Below, one piece after another: positions 21,927 through 35,457 of a stretch of DNA of 64,000 bases. A program made the translations under genes and the position numbers. The notes under the pieces are model-generated. The model was not told where the DNA came from and did no database searches. It saw only the letters and a program-made list of their open reading frames with translations. The DNA is taken from NCBI GenBank assembly GCA_000146045.2, contig BK006938.2:544001-608000 (forward strand), read 5' to 3'. How positions within the stretch are numbered: the stretch's first letter is position 1; each line of letters opens with the position of its first letter. The stretch is from TPA_inf: Saccharomyces. Lineage: Eukaryota.

Positions 21927-23555
21927 ATGCAAGCTAAAATTATATATGCTCTGAGCGCAATTTCTGCGTTGATTCCGTTAGGATCATCACTATTAGCACC
22001 TATAGAAGACCCCATAGTATCGAATAAGTACCTCATATCTTACATCGATGAGGACGACTGGAGTGATAGGATATTACAAAATCAGTCTGTCATGAACTCG
22101 GGATATATAGTGAATATGGGCGACGACCTTGAATGCTTTATTCAAAATGCAAGCACTCAATTGAATGATGTATTGGAAGACTCAAATGAGCATAGCAATA
22201 GTGAAAAGACAGCATTATTAACTAAAACCCTGAATCAAGGTGTTAAGACAATTTTCGATAAATTAAATGAACGGTGCATCTTCTACCAAGCCGGATTTTG
22301 GATTTACGAGTACTGTCCTGGCATAGAATTTGTTCAGTTCCATGGTAGAGTAAATACAAAAACTGGTGAAATAGTAAATCGAGATGAATCTTTGGTCTAC
22401 CGCCTGGGAAAACCAAAAGCAAATGTAGAAGAGAGAGAATTTGAACTACTTTATGACGATGTAGGATATTACATCAGCGAAATTATAGGGTCAGGTGATA
22501 TTTGCGATGTGACGGGGGCTGAAAGAATGGTTGAAATACAATATGTCTGTGGCGGCTCAAACTCTGGACCATCGACTATTCAATGGGTGAGAGAAACAAA
22601 AATTTGTGTTTATGAAGCCCAAGTTACCATACCTGAATTGTGCAATTTAGAATTACTAGCCAAAAATGAAGACCAAAAGAACGCCTCACCTATACTTTGC
22701 AGGATGCCCGCAAAATCAAAAATTGGTAGTAACTCTATTGATTTAATCACCAAATATGAACCGATTTTTTTAGGTTCTGGAATATACTTTCTAAGGCCCT
22801 TTAACACCGACGAAAGAGACAAATTAATGGTTACTGACAATGCCATGTCAAATTGGGATGAGATTACGGAAACATATTACCAGAAATTTGGAAATGCCAT
22901 AAACAAAATGCTTAGTTTGAGATTAGTATCGTTACCTAATGGACATATTCTCCAGCCTGGTGACTCATGTGTTTGGTTGGCGGAAGTGGTTGATATGAAA
23001 GATCGGTTTCAAACCACTTTATCGTTGAACATACTTAATTCACAGAGAGCAGAGATATTTTTCAACAAGACGTTTACATTTAATGAAGATAATGGAAACT
23101 TCCTATCATACAAAATTGGGGATCATGGCGAGTCAACTGAACTTGGTCAAATAACCCACTCAAACAAAGCAGATATAAATACCGCAGAAATTCGGTCAGA
23201 TGAATACTTAATTAACACTGATAATGAGCTATTCTTGAGGATTTCTAAGGAGATAGCAGAAGTGAAAGAATTATTAAACGAAATCGTAAGTCCACATGAA
23301 ATGGAAGTAATATTTGAAAACATGAGAAATCAACCGAATAATGATTTTGAACTGGCGTTGATGAACAAGTTGAAATCCTCATTAAATGATGATAACAAAG
23401 TTGAGCAGATAAACAACGCAAGGATGGATGATGATGAAAGCACTAGTCATACAACCAGAGACATCGGGGAAGCTGGATCACAAACGACAGGGAATACTGA
23501 ATCGGAGGTAACAAACGTAGCAGCTGGTGTTTTCATCGAACATGATGAGCTTTAA
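21927..23555 (+). CDS. YOS9: ER quality-control lectin (YDR057W), 542 aa
   Basis: N-terminal signal peptide, MRH-type domain and C-terminal HDEL ER-retention signal (…FIEHDEL). Confidence 0.94.
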   Translation: MQAKIIYALSAISALIPLGSSLLAPIEDPIVSNKYLISYIDEDDWSDRILQNQSVMNSGYIVNMGDDLECFIQNASTQLNDVLEDSNEHSNSEKTALLTKTLNQGVKTIFDKLNERCIFYQAGFWIYEYCPGIEFVQFHGRVNTKTGEIVNRDESLVYRLGKPKANVEEREFELLYDDVGYYISEIIGSGDICDVTGAERMVEIQYVCGGSNSGPSTIQWVRETKICVYEAQVTIPELCNLELLAKNEDQKNASPILCRMPAKSKIGSNSIDLITKYEPIFLGSGIYFLRPFNTDERDKLMVTDNAMSNWDEITETYYQKFGNAINKMLSLRLVSLPNGHILQPGDSCVWLAEVVDMKDRFQTTLSLNILNSQRAEIFFNKTFTFNEDNGNFLSYKIGDHGESTELGQITHSNKADINTAEIRSDEYLINTDNELFLRISKEIAEVKELLNEIVSPHEMEVIFENMRNQPNNDFELALMNKLKSSLNDDNKVEQINNARMDDDESTSHTTRDIGEAGSQTTGNTESEVTNVAAGVFIEHDEL

Positions 23556-23722
23556 ACAAGGAGGAGTATAAACTTTTAATTTTTTTTTTTCACGTTTTGC
23601 CTTTTATATACCGATTAAATATTTATATTTCTGACTTTTTCTTTACCGACACCAACAGGTGTAGGCTCAAAACATAAAAAAAAAGAGTATTCTATAAACA
23701 GTTCTTACGAATAGAACAACTC

Positions 23723-24703
23723 TTAAAATCCTTTTCTTGCCAAGTCATCGGTTATCTTCAAGTAAAAATTCAGGATGTCAACCTTCTCTCCGACAGTAGT
23801 GGTACGAAAAAATTTACTCCAATCATCCTGTAACTTATTTTTCCAATTGATGACGTCCAGATGATCCATGTCCTTCAAAGTCCCCCTGTATTCACCCCAT
23901 TTACTACTATTTATGGTTACAAGGCCATCGTTGGGGCAACCTTTAGACCTTTCATAAACAATTTTCCAGGGAGTACAAAAGACATTGTACCACTTAGGCA
24001 CAAAGGAGCATCCATACGAAAAATAAGAGACTTTTGGACTATTTGGCGTAACCAAATTGAAATATTTCATATACGCAGTCGTGAGTTGGTAGAAACATAT
24101 TGGCAATATCTTTTGGCTAACTCTCAAGGCATTTAGATTTTCAAAAAGGTCGACTACGTAATCGGCCATTTCTGACCCTCTATGTGGAGTTGAAATAGTG
24201 GTTAGGCTCAATATATCGTAATTCCTATTTTTTATATTGCAAATTAGATATCGGCAGTCTAGTCCCCCCATTGAGTGTGCGATTAGATTTAACGAATGTC
24301 GCTTATCCTTCGACTCGATTTTCTTTACTTCTTTCTGTAACTGAGCATCCAAAGCCATTGCTCTTTCCTCGATGCTACCAAAACCTGGTACCTTAGTGGT
24401 GATAACAGTACATCCCTTAGATTGAAGAAATTTTTTAACGCCAATCCAATATTCAATCTCCAACAAATTTGTGTACTTGTTATCACTCTTATCTTCGTCA
24501 TCCTGCATGAAATTTTCTGCCATATTATGTACTATTGAATTGGAAATTAGGTTTGTCAGATGGAATACAGAAGGGATTAGAATTAATTTGTCAAATCCTG
24601 ATAAACCATGGCAAAATACAATAGGATTTTTTGGGGGCTTGTACGAATCAGGAACTTTGACGGAGTCTATTATTATATCATTAGCTTTATTATCATTTTT
24701 CAT
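23723..24703 (-). CDS. TGL2: Triacylglycerol lipase (YDR058C), 326 aa
   Basis: Lipase nucleophile elbow AHSMGG (GxSxG). Recognised as Tgl2. Confidence 0.92.
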   Translation of the reverse strand: MKNDNKANDIIIDSVKVPDSYKPPKNPIVFCHGLSGFDKLILIPSVFHLTNLISNSIVHNMAENFMQDDEDKSDNKYTNLLEIEYWIGVKKFLQSKGCTVITTKVPGFGSIEERAMALDAQLQKEVKKIESKDKRHSLNLIAHSMGGLDCRYLICNIKNRNYDILSLTTISTPHRGSEMADYVVDLFENLNALRVSQKILPICFYQLTTAYMKYFNLVTPNSPKVSYFSYGCSFVPKWYNVFCTPWKIVYERSKGCPNDGLVTINSSKWGEYRGTLKDMDHLDVINWKNKLQDDWSKFFRTTTVGEKVDILNFYLKITDDLARKGF

Positions 24704-24881
24704 TTTTTTTATGCTTTTCCTCCTTTAAAACAAGACGCTTTATTCTCTATATTCTTCCTTGTACATATTTTCAATAGCGGTTCATATTAGGCTCATTATG
24801 AGAAAAGGTTGGTGAGAAATTTAGCATATTTTAAACAATCATTTAGCTAGATGAATCAGAATGTTTTTCCGACAAATAGTA

Positions 24882-24953
24882 GCTCGCGTGGCGTAATGGC
24901 AACGCGTCTGACTTCTAATCAGAAGATTATGGGTTCGACCCCCATCGTGAGTG
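24882..24953 (+). tRNA. tR(UCU): tRNA-Arg, anticodon UCU, 72 nt, no intron
   Basis: Cloverleaf read by hand: acceptor GCTCGCG/CGTGAGT, anticodon loop CTTCTAA, A-box TGGCGTAATGG, B-box GGTTCGACCCC. Identical to the known yeast tRNA-Arg3 sequence. Confidence 0.96.
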
Positions 24954-24963
24954 CTTTGTTTCT

Positions 24964-25035
24964 TCCGTGATAGTTTAATGGTCAGAATGGGCGCTTGTCG
25001 CGTGCCAGATCGGGGTTCAATTCCCCGTCGCGGAG
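24964..25035 (+). tRNA. tD(GUC): tRNA-Asp, anticodon GUC, 72 nt, no intron
   Basis: Classic yeast tRNA-Asp sequence (TCCGTGATAGTTTAATGG...CTTGTCGC...GGTTCAATTCC...CGGAG). Begins 10 nt after tRNA-Arg with no intervening T-run, consistent with a dimeric precursor. Confidence 0.96.
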
Positions 25036-25037
25036 AA

Positions 25038-25045
25038 TTTTTTTT
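25038..25045 (+). terminator. RNA polymerase III terminator (T8 run) immediately after tRNA-Asp
   Basis: TTTTTTTT begins 3 nt past the tRNA-Asp 3' end. The Arg-Asp spacer has no T-run of 5 or more. Confidence 0.85.
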
Positions 25046-25233
25046 AATTGATAGTAGCAGGTACAGGAGAAAGAGTAAATAATAGAAAGCAAGGTACGTG
25101 ATGGGAATTGATCAAACTAATATCGCTATACCTATAAGAATTTGCGTGTTTGTATACGTAAAGAATATATAATATATTGATGTGTGCGCTGAGGAAGGTA
25201 AGTCTACACAATTTATCCGTTAGCCCAAATTAA

Positions 25234-25770
<537 letters not shown>

Positions 25771-26474
25771 TTTTAGTTTAGTTGAGGGTGGTGAGCAGAA
25801 AATGACTTTTCAAGATGGTAGTCAATAAGCAGTCCTGACCTTGGAAAATAAAACTCCAACCATCTATTAAAATCCGGGATACAATTATTTTTTATAATTT
25901 TGGGTCGGCTATCTTTGGTACAAATGAGTAAGGCGGCAGCCGCTTTATTACCCGCTCGCAGTGGCAACTACCTCCACCACAGCCATGCTTCAAAAGCGCT
26001 TGCTACGAGAGTTTACACCGTACTAGCACTAGCAATACATCTAGATATCTAATTGAATTACGCACAATATAAGAAAAATCGGTTTATGAGCCTAATGAAT
26101 GAGTACCAAAATAAGTAGGCAAAAAGTACAGCCTCTCATGGAACAATGAACACAACCCTAGTATAATTCATCTGTACTTTGGGACTTTCTGTGTAAGTAA
26201 ACCAAGACATAATTTAATATATTTGAGAAATCTATCCTTATCCAATTGGTTGTTGCAGATGATTTCATATAAGCAAAAATGTTGGTATAACTTTCACCAC
26301 ATGCAATAGCAGATCTTTTGTATAACGCGTATTGCCCAACATAATCTAAGATCAGATCATTAATAAGAAAATCTCATTTCCAAAACCGATTGGACATATA
26401 CTGTTTAGTAATAACCGCCGATATGATGTTCTTCCGTTCTCTTGCCTCTGTATTCCGTTACCCGTTGCAGAATG

Positions 26475-26499
26475 AAAAATTTTTTCTTTTGGCGATGAG
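26475..26499 (+). promoter_or_regulatory. Ribosome-biogenesis regulon motifs upstream of MAK21: RRPE AAAAATTTTT (26475-26484) and PAC GCGATGAG (26492-26499)
   Basis: Both motifs are exact and lie 150-175 bp upstream of the MAK21 ATG. This is the typical RRPE-PAC pairing of Ribi genes. Confidence 0.65.
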
Positions 26500-26639
26500 G
26501 TAAAAAATTATCAGAGATGCCAAAGTAATGGAGTTGCGAATAAGAAAGCATTATGTCGTACACATCGGAAGCGAAATTCTATAGTTTGATAAATTTCTAT
26601 AGATATTAAACCTCTCCAGTGTCTTTGTTGGTACAGTAA

Positions 26640-29726
<3,087 letters not shown>

Positions 29727-30163
29727 AAAATAATAATACATTAACTAAACACTTCGGTGTTGTAAATTAAATAAGGAAAACAGAATTTTGTACAATAAAA
29801 AACGGTCCAATACGAAACCTTGAAGCGAAAGACGCATATCAGAGTTTTGCTGATAACTCTACTTATGTCCGCTTTTCAACATTATTAGAGCGGGAGTAAA
29901 CGGAAAAAGAGTAATGCGGAAATAGAAACGGATTTTAGCTACAACTATGTCAGTTGAAATCGCCGAGATTGCTGACATCGTGAGACGAAACTAAAAACGA
30001 TGGAACCACGTGACTCCTATTAGAAATAAATAATCCAGAACTCATTTTTAACCATTTTGTTTATATAGGCACATTTGTAGCGACAATTTTCTGTTAGCTA
30101 ATTGCAGTAAGCAAAACAAATTTGTGAATACTTGATTAATATTCTGTGAAAGATTTTTTAATT

Positions 30164-31783
30164 ATGAGTACCAATAAGTTCGTTGTACGAATAACGAATG
30201 CGCTCTTCAAGTCATCACTGGCTAGCAACAGTCCACCTGTTTACCCTAAGAGGATTAGGCATTTCGAGATTTTACCCAACGAAAAATGGGTTATATGGGG
30301 ACCTGGAAAGGGCAAGTTCTTGGATGTACTGAATAACAAGTATATTTGTGAGCCCCCATTATCTTTGAGGTTTGGATTTTTGAAGGAAAGTTCGAACATC
30401 CTGCCGAGGATAGAGCAAGTGGCCTTCAAAGGGGTTATGCCAACGGCTCATTTAAGTGCTAGATATGAATACTTCAAAGATGACTACGATCAAACCTGCA
30501 AACAGTTTATATTTGATAAGGCAAGCGGATCAAATGCTGTTTCATATAAAGTTGAGACGAACAATCGGCAAATAAACATGGAGCTGTACAATGCATTAGT
30601 TGAAAATTTAAACCTCTCCAGTTTACAGGATAGGTGGGTAATGGGATTGAGTAATGGACAAATGAGGAGAGCAAGGTTAGCTCGTAGTATACTCAAGGAA
30701 CCGGATCTACTACTTATTGACGACCCATTTTTAGGGTTGGATCCAGCCGCAATAGCAACCATTTCACAATTTTTAGCCAAATATGATAGTATAGAAGTCA
30801 GTGGCGGATGTCCAATCGTCATTGGTTTGAGGTATCAAGATACCATTCCAGCATGGTGTACTCATATATGTTGCGTTGATGAGAAAAACGGTATATTGTT
30901 TGAAGGCCCAATCGAAAAACTTCAAAGTAAAATGGATGAAACCAGATCAAGGGCACTAAAAGAACTAGAGCAGCTCAAAAAAGCGTCTAATTCCAAAGAG
31001 GACATTTCCATTAACGATTTGATTTGTATACATCCTATGTATGGCAAGAAAGAGCACGAAATTATCAAAATGCCTCATCTTATAGAATTAGACGGGTTGA
31101 GCGTTTCATACAAAGGCGAAGCTGTTTTGGAAAATCTGCACTGGAAAGTTCAGCCGGGTTCGAAATGGCATATAAGAGGTGACAATGGGTCAGGTAAGTC
31201 GACCTTATTATCTTTGCTTACGGCGGAACATCCCCAATCGTGGAATTCGAGGGTGATAGATAATGGCGTCCCACGAAGAACAGGTAAAACAAACTACTTT
31301 GACCTAAACAGCAAAATAGGTATGTCATCACCCGAATTACACGCAATTTTTTTGAAGAATGCTGGAGGAAGGCTAAACATTCGGGAAAGTGTTGCAACTG
31401 GCTATCATGAGGCGTCCTCCAACAATTACCTACCCATATGGAAGCGCTTGGACAAAAATAGCCAAGAAATAGTGAATATGTATCTGAAATATTTTGGCCT
31501 GGACAAAGACGCCGATAGTGTTTTATTTGAACAGTTGTCCGTAAGTGACCAGAAACTAGTCCTTTTTGTCAGGTCTTTAATTAAGATGCCGCAAATATTG
31601 ATTCTCGATGAGGCATTTTCTGGAATGGAGGTAGAACCTATGATGCGTTGTCATGAATTTTTAGAGGAGTGGCCTGGAACAGTCCTTGTAGTGGCACACG
31701 TTGCCGAAGAGACACCAAAATGTGCCCATTACTTAAGGCTCATATCTCCTGGAGAGTATGAAATAGGCGATATGGAAAATTAA
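30164..31783 (+). CDS. Uncharacterised soluble ABC-ATPase-like protein (YDR061W), 539 aa
   Basis: The C-terminal half has a canonical Walker A GDNGSGKST (nt 31178-31204) and Walker B ILILDEAF, with a degenerate signature LSVSDQ. The N-terminal half has signature LSNGQ (nt 30647-30661) and Walker-B-like LLLIDDPF but only a degenerate P-loop (GPGKGKF). No transmembrane domains. Start taken at the second ATG (MSTNKF...) to give 539 aa; the ATG at 30146 is an alternative. Confidence 0.82.
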   Translation: MSTNKFVVRITNALFKSSLASNSPPVYPKRIRHFEILPNEKWVIWGPGKGKFLDVLNNKYICEPPLSLRFGFLKESSNILPRIEQVAFKGVMPTAHLSARYEYFKDDYDQTCKQFIFDKASGSNAVSYKVETNNRQINMELYNALVENLNLSSLQDRWVMGLSNGQMRRARLARSILKEPDLLLIDDPFLGLDPAAIATISQFLAKYDSIEVSGGCPIVIGLRYQDTIPAWCTHICCVDEKNGILFEGPIEKLQSKMDETRSRALKELEQLKKASNSKEDISINDLICIHPMYGKKEHEIIKMPHLIELDGLSVSYKGEAVLENLHWKVQPGSKWHIRGDNGSGKSTLLSLLTAEHPQSWNSRVIDNGVPRRTGKTNYFDLNSKIGMSSPELHAIFLKNAGGRLNIRESVATGYHEASSNNYLPIWKRLDKNSQEIVNMYLKYFGLDKDADSVLFEQLSVSDQKLVLFVRSLIKMPQILILDEAFSGMEVEPMMRCHEFLEEWPGTVLVVAHVAEETPKCAHYLRLISPGEYEIGDMEN

Positions 31784-32200
31784 AGTTTTCTGTTGTGTGG
31801 CAGCAAGAGACAGAACCTCGATAATTTGACATACGTATATAATAGTACATGTACATAAAAAGCTACGCAAATATCGTATATCTGTTATACTACAAAACAA
31901 TTACTTCTATATCATAGCCAGTTAGCGGGAACGACTTCAGCTAAATGGACTATCCATGCTTTAGGCAGAGGCGAAGCGCGGTGATTGGGTGTAACATCAT
32001 CTCCTTTTCTCTACGACAAATTCCCAAAAAAAAAATTTATGCTATGTTAATACCTGCACAATTCAACCGTGCTGAAACGTAAAATTAAGGTGATTATACG
32101 GATAGTATACGATATTATCAATCTCATAAGAAAAATCTCTTTTGAATTTAACGGAGGGATTATTCATTAGAAAGCGTTCTTACCATTCACTAGGAGCGAA

Positions 32201-32208
32201 TCCGTGGA
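32201..32208 (+). promoter_or_regulatory. Pdr1/Pdr3 response element variant TCCGTGGA about 265 bp upstream of LCB2
   Basis: Matches the PDRE family TCCG(C/T)GGA. Sphingolipid genes, LCB2 among them, have been reported as Pdr1/Pdr3 targets. Confidence 0.5.
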
Positions 32209-32473
32209 AGGTGTTTTAACGTTGCCACGAAAAACAGCTCTACATCGAAATAAAAGACAACAATCAGTGCCCGTAAGTTTCATTACTATTTTCTATTATT
32301 ATCTGCAACTTTTTATTAGTTAGGTTTTTTTTGTTTGTTTGTTTGTTTTCAATTGATTAATTTACAAGACAAAGAACCTTATATTTCGTGTTTTTCATTC
32401 TAAAGGAAAAAAAGCATAAAGAAGATTCCACACACTTTATTGTGATAGTTTTCAAAGTAAAAAGTAATAGATT

Positions 32474-34159
32474 ATGAGTACTCCTGCAAACTATACCCGT
32501 GTGCCCCTGTGCGAACCAGAGGAGCTGCCAGACGACATACAAAAAGAAAATGAATATGGTACACTAGATTCTCCGGGGCATTTGTATCAAGTCAAGTCAC
32601 GTCATGGGAAGCCACTACCTGAGCCCGTTGTCGACACCCCTCCTTATTACATTTCTTTGTTAACATATCTAAATTATTTGATTCTGATTATATTAGGTCA
32701 TGTTCACGACTTCTTAGGTATGACCTTCCAAAAAAACAAACATCTGGATCTTTTAGAGCATGATGGGTTAGCACCTTGGTTTTCAAATTTCGAGAGTTTT
32801 TATGTCAGGAGAATTAAAATGAGAATTGATGATTGCTTTTCTAGACCAACTACTGGTGTTCCTGGTAGATTTATTCGTTGTATTGATAGAATTTCTCATA
32901 ATATAAATGAGTATTTTACCTACTCAGGCGCAGTGTATCCATGCATGAACTTATCATCATATAACTATTTAGGCTTCGCACAAAGTAAGGGTCAATGTAC
33001 CGATGCCGCCTTGGAATCTGTCGATAAATATTCTATTCAATCTGGTGGTCCAAGAGCTCAAATCGGTACCACAGATTTGCACATTAAAGCAGAGAAATTA
33101 GTTGCTAGATTTATCGGTAAGGAGGATGCCCTCGTTTTTTCGATGGGTTATGGTACAAATGCAAACTTGTTCAACGCTTTCCTCGATAAAAAGTGTTTAG
33201 TTATCTCTGACGAATTGAACCACACCTCTATTAGAACAGGTGTTAGGCTTTCTGGTGCTGCTGTGCGAACTTTCAAGCATGGTGATATGGTGGGTTTAGA
33301 AAAGCTTATCAGAGAACAGATAGTACTTGGTCAACCAAAAACAAATCGTCCATGGAAGAAAATTTTAATTTGCGCAGAAGGGTTGTTTTCCATGGAAGGT
33401 ACTTTGTGTAACTTGCCAAAATTGGTTGAATTGAAGAAGAAATATAAATGTTACTTGTTTATCGATGAAGCCCATTCTATAGGCGCTATGGGCCCAACTG
33501 GTCGCGGTGTTTGTGAAATATTTGGCGTTGATCCCAAGGACGTCGACATTCTAATGGGTACTTTCACTAAGTCGTTTGGTGCTGCTGGTGGTTACATTGC
33601 TGCTGATCAATGGATTATCGATAGACTGAGGTTGGATTTAACCACTGTGAGTTATAGTGAGTCAATGCCGGCTCCTGTTTTAGCTCAAACTATTTCCTCA
33701 TTACAAACCATTAGTGGTGAAATATGTCCCGGACAAGGTACTGAAAGATTGCAACGTATAGCCTTTAATTCCCGTTATCTACGTTTAGCTTTGCAAAGGT
33801 TAGGATTTATTGTCTACGGTGTGGCTGACTCACCAGTTATTCCCTTACTACTGTATTGTCCCTCAAAGATGCCCGCATTTTCGAGAATGATGTTACAAAG
33901 ACGGATTGCTGTTGTTGTTGTTGCTTATCCTGCTACTCCGCTGATCGAATCAAGAGTAAGATTCTGTATGTCTGCATCTTTAACAAAGGAAGATATCGAT
34001 TATTTACTGCGTCATGTTAGTGAAGTTGGTGACAAATTGAATTTGAAATCAAATTCCGGCAAATCCAGTTACGACGGTAAACGTCAAAGATGGGACATCG
34101 AGGAAGTTATCAGGAGAACACCTGAAGATTGTAAGGACGACAAGTATTTTGTTAATTGA
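32474..34159 (+). CDS. LCB2: Serine palmitoyltransferase subunit (YDR062W), 561 aa
   Basis: Alpha-oxoamine synthase family with PLP-lysine motif GTFTKSFGAAGGY. Recognised as Lcb2. Confidence 0.96.
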   Translation: MSTPANYTRVPLCEPEELPDDIQKENEYGTLDSPGHLYQVKSRHGKPLPEPVVDTPPYYISLLTYLNYLILIILGHVHDFLGMTFQKNKHLDLLEHDGLAPWFSNFESFYVRRIKMRIDDCFSRPTTGVPGRFIRCIDRISHNINEYFTYSGAVYPCMNLSSYNYLGFAQSKGQCTDAALESVDKYSIQSGGPRAQIGTTDLHIKAEKLVARFIGKEDALVFSMGYGTNANLFNAFLDKKCLVISDELNHTSIRTGVRLSGAAVRTFKHGDMVGLEKLIREQIVLGQPKTNRPWKKILICAEGLFSMEGTLCNLPKLVELKKKYKCYLFIDEAHSIGAMGPTGRGVCEIFGVDPKDVDILMGTFTKSFGAAGGYIAADQWIIDRLRLDLTTVSYSESMPAPVLAQTISSLQTISGEICPGQGTERLQRIAFNSRYLRLALQRLGFIVYGVADSPVIPLLLYCPSKMPAFSRMMLQRRIAVVVVAYPATPLIESRVRFCMSASLTKEDIDYLLRHVSEVGDKLNLKSNSGKSSYDGKRQRWDIEEVIRRTPEDCKDDKYFVN

Positions 34160-34662
34160 ATTTTACCTAATTGCTAGTTAGGTGAAAAATTACAAAATTT
34201 CTGGAAGACGTTGGAAACACGCAACGTCTTTTTGACATAAACTTAAAACTGCCAAAAGTCAAACAAAAATTGCAAAAAAAGTAAAAAAAGTTACGAAAAA
34301 AAAAACATTTAAAAGAAAGAAGAAGTTAAAAGTGCACGCAATATGTTCCAGGATATGAAATGAAATACCTTTTGTTTCACCTTTTAAATAATTTAATGTT
34401 ATATATACAACTTTATCGTATCATATTCGCAATTACATTATACAAGAATGAGTTTTTTTTTTTCGCGGACAAAAGAAGAACATGTCAACGCCAACCCCCT
34501 AGGTGATTTTGTTAGACAAAAGCGAATTAGGATCAGGGTCTGTTAAACTTTAAATGGATTATCAATTCTTTTGTTCACTGATTTTGAATTTATCAGCTAC
34601 CATTGATTTAAACCCATTATTTAGTTTTGCAATTGCGTCCTCAAAGCATCGAGCAAACAATC

Positions 34663-35112
34663 ATGTCGAACCTCTACAAAATTGGAACTGAAACTAGAAA
34701 TAAAATCAAGAAGTTTCGTACATCTACAGCAAGAACCGACTCCATAAAAGCTTTATCAATAAAGATCGAACCAAAACCGTCCTATGAGATAATTGTCGAT
34801 GAAGACGAACAAGAAGAGCTAGACGAAATTGAAGATTTGAGCGAATTAGCCGAGATCCTACCTGATAACTCACCTAGATTTGTACTAACTGCATATCCAA
34901 CAACAACAAAAGATGGGTTCAAACAGACTCCCTTAGTTCTAGTATATTGGAAGCCAATGACGGTCGTTTCACAGGAATGGAAGATGCTTTATGCCGGCGC
35001 ATTAGAAATGATCAGAGAGGAGTGCGGTACTTTTAAATTGATAGAGGTTTCTTCAGGTTTGGAGGATGACTCAGACGTTGAAGAATTGAGGGAGCAATTA
35101 GAAAATTGTTAG
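34663..35112 (+). CDS. AIM7: ADF/cofilin-like glia-maturation-factor homologue (YDR063W), 149 aa
   Basis: Recognised as Aim7/GMF. Start at MSNLYKIG; the upstream in-frame ATG at 34627 was rejected on annotated length. Confidence 0.83.
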   Translation: MSNLYKIGTETRNKIKKFRTSTARTDSIKALSIKIEPKPSYEIIVDEDEQEELDEIEDLSELAEILPDNSPRFVLTAYPTTTKDGFKQTPLVLVYWKPMTVVSQEWKMLYAGALEMIREECGTFKLIEVSSGLEDDSDVEELREQLENC

Positions 35113-35204
35113 TATAGTCTATCTTAAACACTAAACTACCTCCTATAATCATGTAGTGTACTTTAAACATTTTTTTATCTTCATAGCAATAATATAAGCC
35201 TTTT

Positions 35205-35218
35205 ACCACCCATAAACC
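35205..35218 (+). promoter_or_regulatory. Rap1-like site ACCACCCATAAACC about 245 bp upstream of RPS13
   Basis: Core CACCCATA matches the Rap1 consensus ACACCCRYACAYM at 11 of 12 positions. The position is typical for ribosomal-protein gene promoters. Confidence 0.45.
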
Positions 35219-35457
35219 ATAAAGTAGACCCAAACATTTTTAAAAAAATTTTACGTTATAATTTTTTCTTTGTCGTTTTTTCTGAGCGCGCAAAGTAGCG
35301 GTGAAATTTTGATACGAATGAGATTTCCACTTCTGTACAGATGGAAATTTATGTTGGCCGACATATATCACAGTCGTGATTGAATTAACAATTTCTTTCT
35401 CATTAATATTTATTCTAAACGGTTAACCACTAAATCAATCAACAACAATCAGTCAAA

